From positions 9,550,634 through 9,614,633 of the forward strand of contig CP154954.1 in assembly GCA_039621445.1 (NCBI GenBank): a DNA stretch of 64,000 nt. The letters run 5' to 3'. Numbering within the stretch: position 1 is the stretch's first letter; every line of letters starts with the position of its first letter. The DNA comes from Euglena gracilis. Its lineage: Eukaryota. The translations under genes and the position numbers were made by a program. The notes below the pieces were generated by a model that saw only the letters and a list, made by a program, of their open reading frames with translations, was not told the origin of the DNA and made no database searches. Positions 50,074 through 62,500 of this stretch are shown one piece after another.

Positions 50074-53000
50074 CTCCGGCGCTGTGTACTGAGTTGGAAA
50101 TGAAGGTTTTCATGTCCTGGCTAATTTTGTTCCGAAAAGTCCCAAAAAATGGCCAAAATGGGCATTTTTGGCCAGTTTTGGGGGTCAAAAATTTTCCACT
50201 AGCTAGTCCTGCTAGGGGACCCCCGAGAAGGACACGTAAACCCCCCTCCCACTTGTAAACCCCCCGGGGTTTTATGGATCCGGTTTGGCTGGTCGGCCGA
50301 AGGGGGGGGGGTTATAGGTGGGGGGGGGGAGGTTATAGGTCCCGGAATTGTTGGTGAAAACCTGAACCCCCAAAATGACCCCAAAACCCCCCAAATTGAC
50401 AATTTTCGTCAACTTTGGGCAAAAATGGCACTTTTGATGATGTTTGGTCTCAAAAAAAAAATCCAAAAAAAAATTTTGGTGGTTTGTTGGCCAAAAGAAT
50501 CGTCCCGGCGGCTTTCGTTTTTCTTCCCGGGGGGGGGGGGGTTATAAGTCCCGGTTTGGGTGGTCGGCCTGAGGGGGGGGGGGGTATAAGTAGGGGGGTC
50601 GCTGAGCTCTTATCTCTTTTGAGTAAGAGCGAAGGTTACCACCAGGGAAAAGAGGGGGTCCAACCCCCCCGTCCCCCTCTGGGTAGGTTGTAAAAACCGC
50701 GGATTATCACCATGATCCCGGCCCGGTTCCCGGAATTTTTTTTCAGTCGCGAGTGACTGGATTTCTAGTTTCCAAATCACCTGGGTTTGACCCCCAACTC
50801 CCCGCCAGTCCCTAGTTATTATTTATTATTATTTATTATTATTTATTCACGCGTGAAGGGGTCCAAACTGGGTAGGATCGGCCCACCACCCCCCTTGATA
50901 AGCCCCCCCCCTTTGACTCTGCCATTTCGGGCCCAAAAATCAATATTTTCAAAATATCTCGAAAATGATGCAAAATCAAAGGAAATGACCTAAATTGAAG
51001 CCCTTGGAACACCCTATCTACCGGTATTCTGGTTTCCACACAGCTCACCGCCTAGCCCGAGACACGGCCGTTTTTCGGCCATTTTAGGCTATTTTGTACA
51101 CTTTTTCCACTGTCCTTTTGGGCCAAAAAAAGTCGAAAAAATCTAGAAAAAATCGAAAAAAAATTTTTTGCCCAGAAGCATAATTTTAGGCCTCCCGGAC
51201 CCCCAAAAAAACCGACTTGGGGTCAAAACCGGGTCAAAAAAGTCGAAAAAAATCGAGAAAAAAATTGCCCGAAACGATGTTTTTTGGCCTCCCGGACCCG
51301 GAAAAGCTGTTTTTGAGCCGAAAATGAGCGATTTTTCGACCCCCCAGGCCCTGTTTTGGGCCCGAAACCATCGACTTGGGGTCAAAAACGGGTCGAAAAG
51401 GTCGAACAAAATTCATTAAAACAGATATGGGGTGTATGGGGGGTTAACATTTCATGTAACGGGTATGGGGTGTATGGGGGGTCGCTGAGCTCTTATCCCT
51501 TTATGGGTAAGAGCGAAGCTTACCACCGGCGAACCCCCCCCCGCCCCCCCCCCCCCGACCCCCCCCCCGGGTCGGGGCCACCAGGAGAACCGACGGATTA
51601 TCACCATGATCCCGGCCCGGTTCCCGGAATTTTTTTTTTCAGTCGCGAGCGACTGGATTTCTAGTTTCCGAATCACCTGGGTTTGACCCCCAACTCCCCG
51701 CCAGGCCCGAGTTATTCACGCGCGAAGGGGTCCAAACTGGGTAGGATCGGCCCGCCCCCCCCTGGATAAGCCCCCCCCCCTTGGACTCTGCCATTTCGGC
51801 CAAAAAAATGTCAATTTTCAAAATATCTCCAAAATGAAGCCAAATCAAAGGAAATGTCCGGAGACCTAAGTTGAAGCCCTTGGAACGCCCCATCCACCGG
51901 TATTTTGATTTCCCCGCAACTCGCCGCCTAGCCCGAGATACGGCCGTTTTCGGCGCAGATGGCCGTTTTGTACACTTTTCCCTCTGTTCGACTTAGCCGT
52001 TTTCGGGGGGTGGGGGGTCAAAAAATCGATGTTTTCCAAATTTCTCGAAAATGATGCAAAATCAAAGGAAATGTCCGGAGACCTAAATTGAAGCCCTTGG
52101 AACGCTCTATCTATTGGGATTTTGGTTTCCCCGTAACTCCCCGCCCAGCCCGAGATACGGGCGTTTTTTGGCCAATTTGGGCCATTTCAGACCATTTTGT
52201 ACACTTTTCCCTCTGTTCGACTAGGCCGTTTTCGGGGGGGGGGGTGGGGGGTCAAATAAATCGATGTTTTCCCAAATTTCTCGAAATGATTGAAAAAATC
52301 AAAGGAAATGTCCCGGAGAGACCCTAAATTGAAGCCTTGGAACGCTATATCTATTGGGATTGTGGCTTTCCCCGTTTACCTCCACGCCCAGCCGGACCAA
52401 TTTGGGCCATATCATCATACCATTTTGTACACTTTTCTCCTCTGTTTGTTCGACTAGGCCGTTTTCGGCCAAAAAGTCGAAAAAATAGAAAAAAAAAAAA
52501 AAAAATTTTTTTTTGCCCGAAACGATGTTTTTTGGCCTCCCGGACCCAGAAAAACTGTTTTTGAGCCGAAAACGAGCGTTTTTCGACCCGCCAGCGCCCC
52601 GTTTTGGACCGCCGACCCATTGACTTTGGGTCAAAACCGGGTCAAAAAAGTCGAAAAAAATCGAAAAAAAAGTTTTGCCCGAAACGATGTTTTTTGGCCT
52701 CCCGGACCCAGAAAAACTGTTTTTGAGCCGAAAACGAGCGTTTTTCGACCTGCCAGCGCCCCGTTTTGGGCCGCCGACCCATTGATTTTGGGTCAAAACC
52801 GGGTCGAAAAAGTCGAAAAAAATCGAAAAAAATTTTTTTGCCCAAAACGATGTTTTTTGGCCTCCCGGACCCGGAAAAACTGTTTTTGAGCCGAAAACGA
52901 GCGTTTTTCGACCCGCCAGCGCCCCGTTTTGGACCGCCGACCCATTGACTTTGGGTCAAAACCGGGTCGAAAAAGTCGAAAAAAATCGAAAAAAAGTTTT

Positions 53001-54812
53001 GCCCGAAACGATGTTTTTTGGCCTCCCGGACCCAGAAAAACTGTTTTTGAGCCGAAAACGAGCGTTTTTCGACCTGCCAGCGCCCCGTTTTGGACCGCCG
53101 ACCCATTGATTTTGGGTCAAAACCGGGTCGAAAAAGTCGAAAAAATCGAAAAAAAATTTTTTGCCCAAAACGATGTTTTTTGGCCTCCCGGACCCGGAAA
53201 AACTGTTTTCGAGCCGAAAACGAGCGTTTTTCGACCTGCCAGCGCCCCGTTTTGGACCGCCGACCCATTGACTTTGGGTCAAAACCGGGTCAAAAAAGTC
53301 GAAAAAAATCGAAAAAAAATTTTTTGACCAAAACAATGTTTTTGGGCCTCCCGGACCCGGAAAAACTGTTTTCGAGCCGAAAACGAGCGTTTTTCGACCT
53401 GCCAGCGCCCTGTTTCTGGCACAAAACCTATGGATTTCAGGCAAAAGAGCTCCATGGAGTGGGCCGGTATGTATGGAGGGGTCAATGAAGGGGTGCGTGC
53501 GCGCGTATTAAGAGCTCAGCACTATTCAAAACCTGGTTAACATTTCATGACACCGTAAAAGCACTGGAAATCACCGTAAAATTGCAAGAGTATAATTTGC
53601 AAACTATGTATTACGTGAAATTTCCAATGCTAGTCCTTTCGGCCTTCCATCACATGCATGTCCCATTAAGAGCTCAGCACTATTCAAAACCTGGTTAAGA
53701 TTTCATATAACGATACAGCAGGTATGGGGTGTATGGGGGGTTAACATCAAATATGATTCAAAAAAAACCTCGCTTTCCACAAGCCAAATTAGGACTAGTT
53801 GCAGTGCAGCCCCCCACCACCCTTAAGCAAAGGCCTGGTTCCAATCCTAATTAAAAAAAAATGGTAAAGAGTTCATCAAGCAGGTCAAAAAAGGAAAACA
53901 AAAATAATGACTGGAAACGGGGGAATGCCCCAATTGCAGAACCTTTGGAGAGCCTTCTTTGGAGAACCAAAATCAGAACAAGCATTTGTGTGTTTTGAAA
54001 AAACCTCTTTCAATAGAAGGGGGAAACCAAGCAAAAAAGAAACGACGTGGGTCTCTGGTCAAGGAGGTTCGCAAGCGGTGAACGGCTGCGAAATCAGCAA
54101 AAGTCTTGACAACTTCCACCTCGTGGCCAGCCTTGCGGCCAAAATCACCGAAGAGGGTGAGTTGACGGACGGGTTGAGGGAGCAGACCTCAATTTCAATA
54201 ATGTGTTCCAGCTCAGGAGACAGAATGGGTTGGGAGGTCGTTATTGAGAGACAGAGAGAGAGAGAGAGCATATTTTACATTTTAATTTTATCTTTTTTTA
54301 CTTTTATTTTCAATTTTTATTTTCCGCTTTGAGCGGAATGAGAGAGAGCATATTTTACAACATACGCATAGAGAGATGGATGAGTGTATGGATGGATGGA
54401 TGGATGGATGGATGGATCGATGGATGGATGGATGGATGGATGGATGGATGGATGGATGGATGGATGGATGGATGGATGAAAAGTGCATGGCACCATGCTC
54501 TCAGTGTGTGTTCAGGTACGCAAAAAAAGCTTACTGGGGTCGTGGCGGGAAGAAAGCCTCCAGAGCTTTTTTCCAGAGTGCAGAGACTCATCACATTCAT
54601 AACTCTGTGCAATGCATATAGTTTGCACAACAGTAGGCAATACACAAGAAACGTCACCAAAGAGCATGCATTCGATTGCCCCCACAGCCTGGGGCAATTG
54701 ACCGAAGGAGGGGATTGTTCATACAAAGAAGCCTCAGCCCCTGGTGGGAGGCATAGAGGGCATCCCACGATGGCGAGGACGGGCCATGTGCCAGACGGAA
54801 CACCATGGCAGG
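33770..54812 (-). CDS. Multi-exon gene B, uncharacterised protein, paralog of gene A (ends uncertain; candidate further exons at ~32.4-33.1, 56.4-56.64, 57.7-57.8 and 62.15-62.25 kb)
   Basis: Exons: ~54735-54812, ~54538-54578, ~54065-54165, 44985-~45165, ~43550-43680, ~41322-41435, 39071-~39190, ~38305-38395, ~36610-36760, ~35905-36000, ~34865-34960, ~33770-33830. Their translations align collinearly with gene A exons. Confidence 0.75.
34130..34450 (-). mobile_element. Possible highly decayed Penelope-like RT fragment
   Basis: [12 protein letters not shown] resembles RT motif A (FDxxxLYT), and [17 protein letters not shown] resembles NxFxFNxxxYxQxxGxPMG. The two are in different frames. Confidence 0.3.
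37495..37713. repeat. (TGTGG)n pentanucleotide microsatellite
   Basis: Direct reading, with TGCGG variants at the 3' end. Confidence 0.95.
39071..39190 (-). CDS. Gene B exon
   Basis: [30 protein letters not shown] versus spliced gene A TDPPAARPQFIFTP|ANVTMQELVGCAWAA. Confidence 0.8.
41322..41435 (-). CDS. Gene B exon
   Basis: [35 protein letters not shown], homologous to 11985-12092. Confidence 0.85.
42280..42750. mobile_element. MITE with 18-bp perfect subterminal inverted repeat
   Basis: cagggttcgatataagga (42318-42335) and tccttatatcgaaccctg (42716-42733). An internal direct repeat lies at ~42367-42417 and ~42654-42704, with central cggcgcgaagcgccg. Confidence 0.7.
43550..43680 (-). CDS. 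Gene B exon
   Basis: [44 protein letters not shown], homologous to 13110-13226. Confidence 0.85.
44985..45165 (-). CDS. Gene B exon
   Basis: [58 protein letters not shown], homologous to the two gene A exons around 15.1-15.5 kb. Confidence 0.85.
46485..46983. mobile_element. MITE with 18-bp perfect TIR containing telomere-like hexamers
   Basis: gcaagactaactcactgc (46485-46502) and gcagtgagttagtcttgc (46966-46983). Internal tagggttagggtt (~46642-46654) and aaccctaaccct (~46776-46804). Confidence 0.75.
46989..47946. repeat. ~950-bp (TACA)n microsatellite
   Basis: Direct reading. Further tracts lie at 49389-49636 and 49919-50070. Confidence 0.95.
47947..49388 (+). mobile_element. Non-autonomous Helitron-like element, copy 2 (duplicated left end at 48373; a third left end at 49637-49916)
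   Basis: Same A|TCACTTACATAAG start and GACTTG|T end as 18304-19939, with a different middle, embedded in (TACA)n. Confidence 0.6.
50590..52480. repeat. Complex repeat: ~500-bp duplication (~50590-51110 / ~51475-51980) plus ~230-bp tandem units
   Basis: gtcgctgagctcttatc...ggattatcaccatgatcccggcccggttcccggaatt occurs twice. aaatcaaaggaaatg..cctaaattgaagcccttggaac-like units occur at ~50975, 51843, 52060 and 52297. Confidence 0.8.
52512..53420. repeat. 161-163-bp tandem satellite, ~5.5 copies
   Basis: The anchor ccc(g/a)aaacgatgttttttggcctcccggaccc recurs at ~52517, 52678, 52841, 53002, 53164 and 53327. Confidence 0.92.
54065..54165 (-). CDS. Gene B exon
   Basis: [32 protein letters not shown], homologous to 15790-15905. 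Confidence 0.72.
54375..54477. repeat. (GATG)n microsatellite
   Basis: Direct reading. Confidence 0.95.
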
Positions 54813-57800
54813 GCACAGTCAGACAGAAGCCATCCTTCTGGAGAGAATGGCAGAGATGCACTCTTCAAACAGCATATGCAATTTGGTTCGATTGAGGACA
54901 GGCTTCTTTTTAAGACCCCTGGGGGGAGGGAGAATTGTGGCTTTTAAGGCCGTGCAAGGGCATTTCCCAAAAAATTTCCTCTGCTTCCCTCCTAAATCCA
55001 TACCTGGGACTCTGGCCCAGACATGGATAGATGGATAGGTGTAGAGGGATCCGACGCCAGACCCCCCCCCGGTCTTCTGAGTTGAAAAAAAAATCAGGAT
55101 CCTTGTTTGGTATTTCTTGCTTTCAGAATTTTTCGGTTGTTCTGGGAGACTTTTCTGCCCTCTTTGGAAATAAGATTTTTCCAACCCATCTCTTTGTATG
55201 TGTACCTGCTACTCGCCGAAGGCACCAATCTGGTCACGTTGTTTGTGTTTGAAGGCCGATTTCTCAATAGCAAGACGAAGCCAACCAGAGGCTAACAAGA
55301 GCCTCTCCCTGAAACCCAATCAAAATGCCACTGAAATGACACAGATCCGGGGGAAACAGATCACAGGCAAACAAACCAGTCTGTTGCGCCTGCCCCTGCA
55401 GGACGGTGAAAACCAGGGTGAAGAAGTTGCATGGCTCGGGATCCCCCCCCCTCTCTCACATTCCTTTCTCGAGGGCCTTAGGATTTGGCATCAGCCTTGG
55501 GACTGGGTTTGAAAGGGGATAAAGTTTAGTCCTAAATTACTGTCATAGGGATAAAAAAATCAATATCTGGGAAAATATGACCCTTTCTCTGGTTTGAGTG
55601 ATCCCATCTCTGAAGCAGTCACAAGCAAGAGTGTGAATTTGTTGAGCAAATGCACCAGATGAGAGAAGATCCGTCCAATTGACTTGGCACCCTCTGGAAC
55701 AACATGCATCTTTCGGAAAAGCAGAAGTGGTCCCATTTTGCAAACTCCCCTCACGCCGACATTGATATGACTTGACTTCCGCTGACTGCTGCTGACATCG
55801 CATTTAAGAAACCTGTGGATGACTAAATAAGGAAATTAAAACGCGAAACCAACATAAACAACAATTAGGCGGGGACTCTCACCACCCATTGCATTCTTCT
55901 TGGTATTTTTGTCAGCCCATTTGGGGTGGCCATGACGTTGCAATACCACAGGCCTACCCACCGCCAACAGACTGGTATGCCGGGTGCAAGCTGCCCATCT
56001 GAATCTAACAGTATAACACTATGTAAGACACATTTCTGAGCGTGGACGAGTGATTCCGATCCGTGCAGCACAAGCTGGTCAATAAGAATGAATGGTAGAT
56101 AAAAGGTCAAGATCTGCGAACTCATGCAGAAACGGCACTTGATTTTTTAAAAATAAATATACATGCATACCCTTTGCATGATCTTTGGTCATGTACACAT
56201 GGCATCTTCACAACTCGCAAACAAAGTGAAATTTTTGAGAGCACAGCAGTGCGAACGCAACAAAAAGTACCGTTCTGAGCAAAGCAAGTAAGGAGTGCAA
56301 TACTATTTTGGGGGGGGGGGTTACGCATTCCAGGAACTCATTGTGTCAGGGGTGCAATTTGCCCCAAATCCAGGGAGGCAGTGATGACAAAAGTCCACTG
56401 GCAAACTGTGTCACAAGAGTTCAACTGGCCGTGCGAGTGGTTCCCAACCCCGAGGCTTTCCAGAATGGAGTTGGAAAAAAAGGTCAGAGGGTAAGAAGGC
56501 GGTGGTTTCCAGCTCACAGATTTGCCTTGGGGGGCACCTGGGCGACTTTCACCGTCACCCACACCTTGCACACCAAGTCCCCTGCGGCATCCTTCAGCTC
56601 GGCCATGGGTTCAAACTCCGTCACGTCGCATGGCACCTGGTGGGGGGGGGGGTTCCTGTCATGCTTGTGCTTCCCGACCGGGGGGGGGGGGGGCATGGGC
56701 ACCCGACTAAACACAAGCCTGGTCCCTGTTGTCGCCTCTGTTGGTGCATGCAAAAAATACACCTCCGAGGTTCTTGTGGTTTTGTATTCAATTTGTTCCC
56801 GGCGGTAGTAGAAACAAATCACTGCAGGAAGATTAACCGATGTTACATCGCGCCGTTCAACGCCTGTTCCCTGTGGATTGATTCAATCCACAGACCTGGA
56901 CCAAATGGTGCATGGGGCAGTGGTGCTAGAAAAAAAAGGAAAGGGTGCCAGATAACACCACCGCTTTTTCTCCCAAAAGAACTTGCTTGCGTCAAAGGGA
57001 GAAGTCATAGCCAGGGGCTCTGTTTAAGATGAACACCCCCAACGTCGGCCTGAGGGGCAAAAGCGTTGGAGGGCCTCGCAATACCCATTCTCTCATCTCC
57101 CCAATCCCAATTTCCAACTCCCAATTCTCATCCCCCCGAACAGCAAAGGGTGAATTGCAATGCCCCCAATAATAATTGGGGAAAAATAAAACCAATTCAC
57201 CCCTTGCTGATCGCATAGGGGGGAATGGGAACAGTGAACAATACAGTGTTCAGGAACTTGTATGCACACCACTTGGTACAAAACCAGCAGGCAAATATTT
57301 GACGGGTTTCAGAAACTCTCCTTTCAACCAAACCCCAATCCAATACCAAAACGAATGTTGTGCAGGTGTAAATCTGGAACATGAGAAGCAAAAAATGGTT
57401 GATTTTGTGTTTTTGAGGATGGTAACGTGGTAACAGTAAGAGAGACATGGTAATCACAAAATCTGAAAACCCCAAAAACCCAAAAACCCAAAAAACCACA
57501 CACCCAATGGGGGAGGGAGTGAAAACTGCTTTCTGGATAATTTTTCCATTGCACCACTTCTTTTCTCTTGACACCATTGGAGCCTCGTCAAAAAAAAAAA
57601 AGGCCACAGCCAGATAATGATAATCATTGTTCCAGAAACCTCAATACTAATCTCAATCTAAATCTCAATACTGTCACAAATAACTGGCACACCTTTAGGT
57701 CGCTTATGGTCGCAGTAATAATGCCGCGAGCCTTCTTGGGAAACTCTGCCCGGCAAGCCACAGGAATGCCCCGCCGACCATCCCGCGATAAGTACGCACT

Positions 57801-58759
57801 GACCGCCATCACAATGGTCTGTGATTGAGGCAACGGAGAGTAGCCATTCTGACAGCACGAGGGAAAGCACATGGGAAACAAGAAATTATGAGATAAATTA
57901 AGCAGAAAAGGCTACGGAGGTCGTTGTGCCTGCTCATTTTCTTTGCTCTTGCCATGTAACTCAACGCTTTGAAAAAAAAAAGTGGAAAATCTGGTTTAAA
58001 AAATATGTGCCTTACAGCGGGGGGATCGGGATACTTTTGCTTGTGGGAGATGAATAAGTATACCCCCAAGGTGCTGATAAAGCATTAACAGGCCCTGGCG
58101 CAATGAAAGTTTTATGAACATCACACTCGAGCACAAACAAAAAATTGATTTGATTTGGTGACAAAAAAAGCAATAAAGACAAAAAAAGGTGTGTACTTGT
58201 GCAAAAAAAAAAGACCTTTTGGGTGTCTGGTGCATACAGAACTCGTGCACAATCCAATTTATGTGACTTCAGTTCGACTAAATGTTTTTCTTTGGAGAGT
58301 GGTTGCAAACCGTTCCTGAATCAAGGTTGACAGCTTTTTTGAAACAAAAAAAAATGTTTTTTTTAAAAATATGGTTTTTTAAAAAACAAAAAAAACCTTA
58401 TGGAGGGTTTGGGGGAAATTTTTTTGAAAATTTTTTTAGAAAAAAAGTTCATTTTTTTAATCTCTGCAGCTTCATTCTCTCACATGCCTGGAAGGAACGA
58501 AGACGGTGTTTTTTTGGGGAGGGTGTTCAACAAATTCAAACCCCATGGGAAGTCTTACCATTGGGGGCGGTGCCAAGGATGCCGAAAGGACAAAAAAAAA
58601 TGACTGAAGAACTTTTCCCTCAAAAAAAAATGGCCATTTGCAAGGAAAAGGGTCAATTTTTGCTTTTTCAAAAAAACATGTTGTTTTTGCTGTTTTTTTT
58701 CCGAAACAAAAAAAAACGAAAGAAAACGTCAACCCTGTCCTGAATTAGCAGTCACACCA

Positions 58760-59500
58760 TTTCACCTAAATTCACCAATGCAGCCAGGTGAATAGAGTCG
58801 AAAGGATTGCAGATGGACCGACGTTGCCTGATGCTCGTTGAGCAGGCTCTGAAATCAACTCTTCATCTCCCACACATATTTCGAATAAAAATGAATTATT
58901 GGACAAAAAATGAGCATTTGTTCCCCAGTGGTTTTGGTGCTGCTTCAAAGAAATGTTGAAAAAAAATCTTGAAAAAGCAAATGTAGAAATGCCCATCAAA
59001 GAGGGGAAAATGACTTGCTTTCCGAACTTCAAACCCACGTTGGCCAGAAAAAGGTCGACCATATGAAATGGGGCATTCAAAGCTTCAATTTACAAACCAC
59101 TCAGTCACCCATGCCTGGAGGAAAATCTGCTGGTTCTCTTCAAAAATTTCACAGCCTGGCAACTTCAGCTTTGGTGTAGTCCAGCTGGTGAATCGTTGGA
59201 GAAATAGTCCCTGCAAGGAAACGTGTGAAATAGGATAACGGCATAATCCCAACGATGGTGCCAACCGTCTGGTCAGCTGTACGGTTGCGAGAGAATTTGA
59301 AATTGCAAGAGAAGGTTGCGAGAGAATTTGCACTGGATCATGAGAATTTAAGATGAAGTTTACCCTCAGCTTCCTTGAATTTGGCATTCAAACCCATACA
59401 AATCTGCTGATTGCTCAACCTGTGCACGACAAAAACGAAAATTGAACAAAATCTCTTGATACGCAGCATTAAAACTTTGGTTTGAAACACCGACTTAAAG
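58760..59500 (-). mobile_element. Decayed Penelope-like retroelement RT remnant
   Basis: In order across frames: FNFRFC, VNFILNSHD, MVDLFLANVGLKFGKQV, GTNAHFLSNNSFLF (cf. GTNCAPLLAxLFL), and TGC ATT GGT GAA at 58771-58782 in the YIDD position. Confidence 0.5.
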
Positions 59501-62500
59501 GTATCTCCCTTCTTTTGTGAGTGATGAGGCTGTCCTTGTCTCCCCAATGCTGCGATTGTGGAGAGGAGTTGTGGTTTGTGTTCGCCCTCCCCACCCTCTG
59601 GAGAACTCTTCCCTCTCTGGAGAACTACCAAAAACTTCTGTGTGGTTGCGAAGAGAGTAGCTGACCCACCCAGGCGGCGGAGGGAAGGTAGTCGCAAAAG
59701 ATGAAAAAACCCTCTTTTCACAATTTTTCAGACCAAAACCAATTTTCCATTAATTGTCTTGCCTTTCAAACCTTCAACACCGTTTCCGGACAATCGGTTC
59801 AATACGGCTCAACCCATATGCGGAGCCAGTGCAATGGAGGTTCAGAACGTCTGATAAGAACCCACGGCATCGCGGCGGGGGGGGTCCAACCTCCATGAGT
59901 TGATACAAGGGCAGGTGTCGGGGTCAGGATCCCCTCTGGCCAAGTGGGGATGCCTAAACAGTGGCGTGGCCAAAGTGAACCATTTTCGGGCCAGCGCTTC
60001 ACTTCGGACCAGGAAGAAAAAATTTATTCCAAAAATTGACCTTTCCGACACTTTTGGGCAAAAAAAATGTCAAAATCACCGAAAAATTCAGGCGTGGAAT
60101 GCCAGAGGGAAATATTTAGCCTTTTGGGGGGGTCCTATGTGCCCCCCATGATGAGGTCCAGAGCCCCATGGAAGCCGTGGGTGGTCCTCCCACCCCATGA
60201 AACCCTCCTTATATCAAACCTGGGTAGGGTCCCATGATGGAGAGAAAAAATACAATTGAAAATCAGATTGGCTTGGTTCAGCATGTTGCGCCGAGGCAAC
60301 CCCGGGGGGGGGGAGGGTCCGGAGTGCCTGTGAGTGCCTGCCCAGGCAGGCACTACCTCCCCCCCCCCCCCGGGGGGTCGGATTTCGGCCTGTGCCCAGT
60401 TCCTTTGAAAATAGGCCATTTTTGGCTCCCCGGTGCCTTCGGCGCCGGGTCTGTGCTAGGGCACTTTTGCCCGTGTGCCCTACCCCCCCCCAGGGGGGGG
60501 GGTCAGATCGGGAGTGCCTTGGAGTACCTGCCCAGGCAGGCACCCCCCCCCCGGGGTGGGGTCGGCACCCGACTAAAATACGGCCTGTTGTGCCAAAGGT
60601 GGGGTCTGAAGGGGACATTTTGGGGGATCTGTCAATCCTCCAAAATGTCGGGAAATGGGTTTGCTAAAAAGGAAATGGAAGTGCTGTTTTATGAGTTAAA
60701 AGCCATATTCTCTCCAAACAGGGATGTGTTTTGACAGCATCATGGATTCATGGTTGCAGTTTTCATTAACTTGAAAGGAAAAAATTGATGACAAAATGGG
60801 GGGTGAAAGCCCTCCAGTCATTGGTCAAATAAATTAGCTTATGACTTTTAACTGATTCAAAAGCAACGCTGGGGCAAAACCTGTGTACGGTGACTGATAG
60901 GAAACCAGAAGAGATGTTAAATATTGTTGCAGAAATTGCGGAAGTAAACATTTTTGAATTCCCTGAGCAGACGTGCCTGGGAGATCCAAAGCAGCAAGCA
61001 AGTGAATGGAGACCATGGGAACCTTGACAAAGGGCCCCCACCCCCCGCCCCACGCGCCGCGGCGCGCGCCATGGTGCAGCCTCCCCCTGCCGAGGGTTAA
61101 AAAAAAAAAGATTTTCAAAACCTCTTCAAATTGATCCGGAATCTATCAGTGCGATTTCCTGACATTTATCACTTTCCAAACCATCACAAATCATTTGGCC
61201 CACTACAACCTGGGTACGGGACAAAGTAGGGTTGGGAGGTCGGAGAGGCCCCAAGCCTTTCACCCCAACAATGAATGAGAAAACTTAATTGAACGTATTG
61301 GGAAACAATGTCTGTGATATTTGCCGAGGACAACAACGGAGGTTCGAGGACAGTTTCCACAGCTTCCCAGGCAGGGGCTGAAAATGGATAAACAAAAGGC
61401 ACTGGGTCAGCAAAAAAGGTGTGGCTAACCTTTCTAATTTCTGCCCCCCAGGCCAGGAACGTCTTGTCCCCCGGTCCCACTACTTTTGCCAGCCTTCCAG
61501 AAAAGATTTGCCCCACTTCCGTACATTTTCATACCTTGACCTGGTTCACTTTGCCCCTCGGTTTTTTCGCCACATCTGTCTGTTTTTCCGCACCCCTTGA
61601 ACCCAAAATATTTGGGTGCATGTGCGGCATTCAACCCGGCACAGCTTGAGTTTTCTTGTTTTGAGAAAAAAGTTTTTGTGAAAAAAAATTAAAAGGCAAC
61701 TTTTTTGGCTTCGTTTTGAACGAGCTGCCACGGTTTGGATGGACAAGCATTCCAAAAAAAGACTGCCAAAGGGGAACAAAAAAAATTGGGAAGTCCCAAA
61801 AACTTGCAAAAAAGTTCTAAAACTGCCAGACCGCGAAGTCCCAAATCTCTGACAAACACCTTTTTTATTTTCAACAAGCTTCCAAATATTAATCCAAAAT
61901 ATTTTGCAAAAGTGCCAAAAAATTATGCCAAAAATCCTGGAAACTGTGAGTGTTAGTTAACTACTGGCCTCCCCAGCCGGCTAAAGGCGGCGATTGTGGT
62001 AAACACGGCCATTACCTCGGCCTATCGGTATGTAGTGTTTGGGTGTTTAGTCCTTGGGCAGACAGACAGTCTCAAAATCCTTGAAGATGTGCCTGGGGGC
62101 TCCAAAGCAACAAACGAGGCGAAAAAGGCAAGTCTGCATACTAAACCAGTGCATTGGGAATTATTGGCTTGCGCCTCTAAAATGTGGTGCACCAATAGAG
62201 ACGAGGTCAGCTGTTTGTCGAAGGCCCGAGCCTGCCCTCCCCCCCCCGTGCTGCGGCGCAAGCCGTGGTGCACCCCCCACCAACTCCCATCTCCCCCACT
62301 CTGTCCAGGTTCAAAAAAAATTTTGACCCCAAAATATGCCTTTCTTTTTAAAAAAAAATGCACCAATGCAACATCTGCCCCACCCCACCAAAACATCGTC
62401 CAAACAATGCCATACCGGTTGCAAACATCAATGTACTCAAAAAAAACAGTTTACTTGTTCTTGGGGCCTAGGTGGTCATTTTCACCACCGGTGGGGAGGG

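Noticed and set aside
52299-53488. Repeat-protein ORFs
   Set aside because: They are open on both strands and in several frames because of the 162-bp satellite, and unit lengths are not consistently multiples of three.
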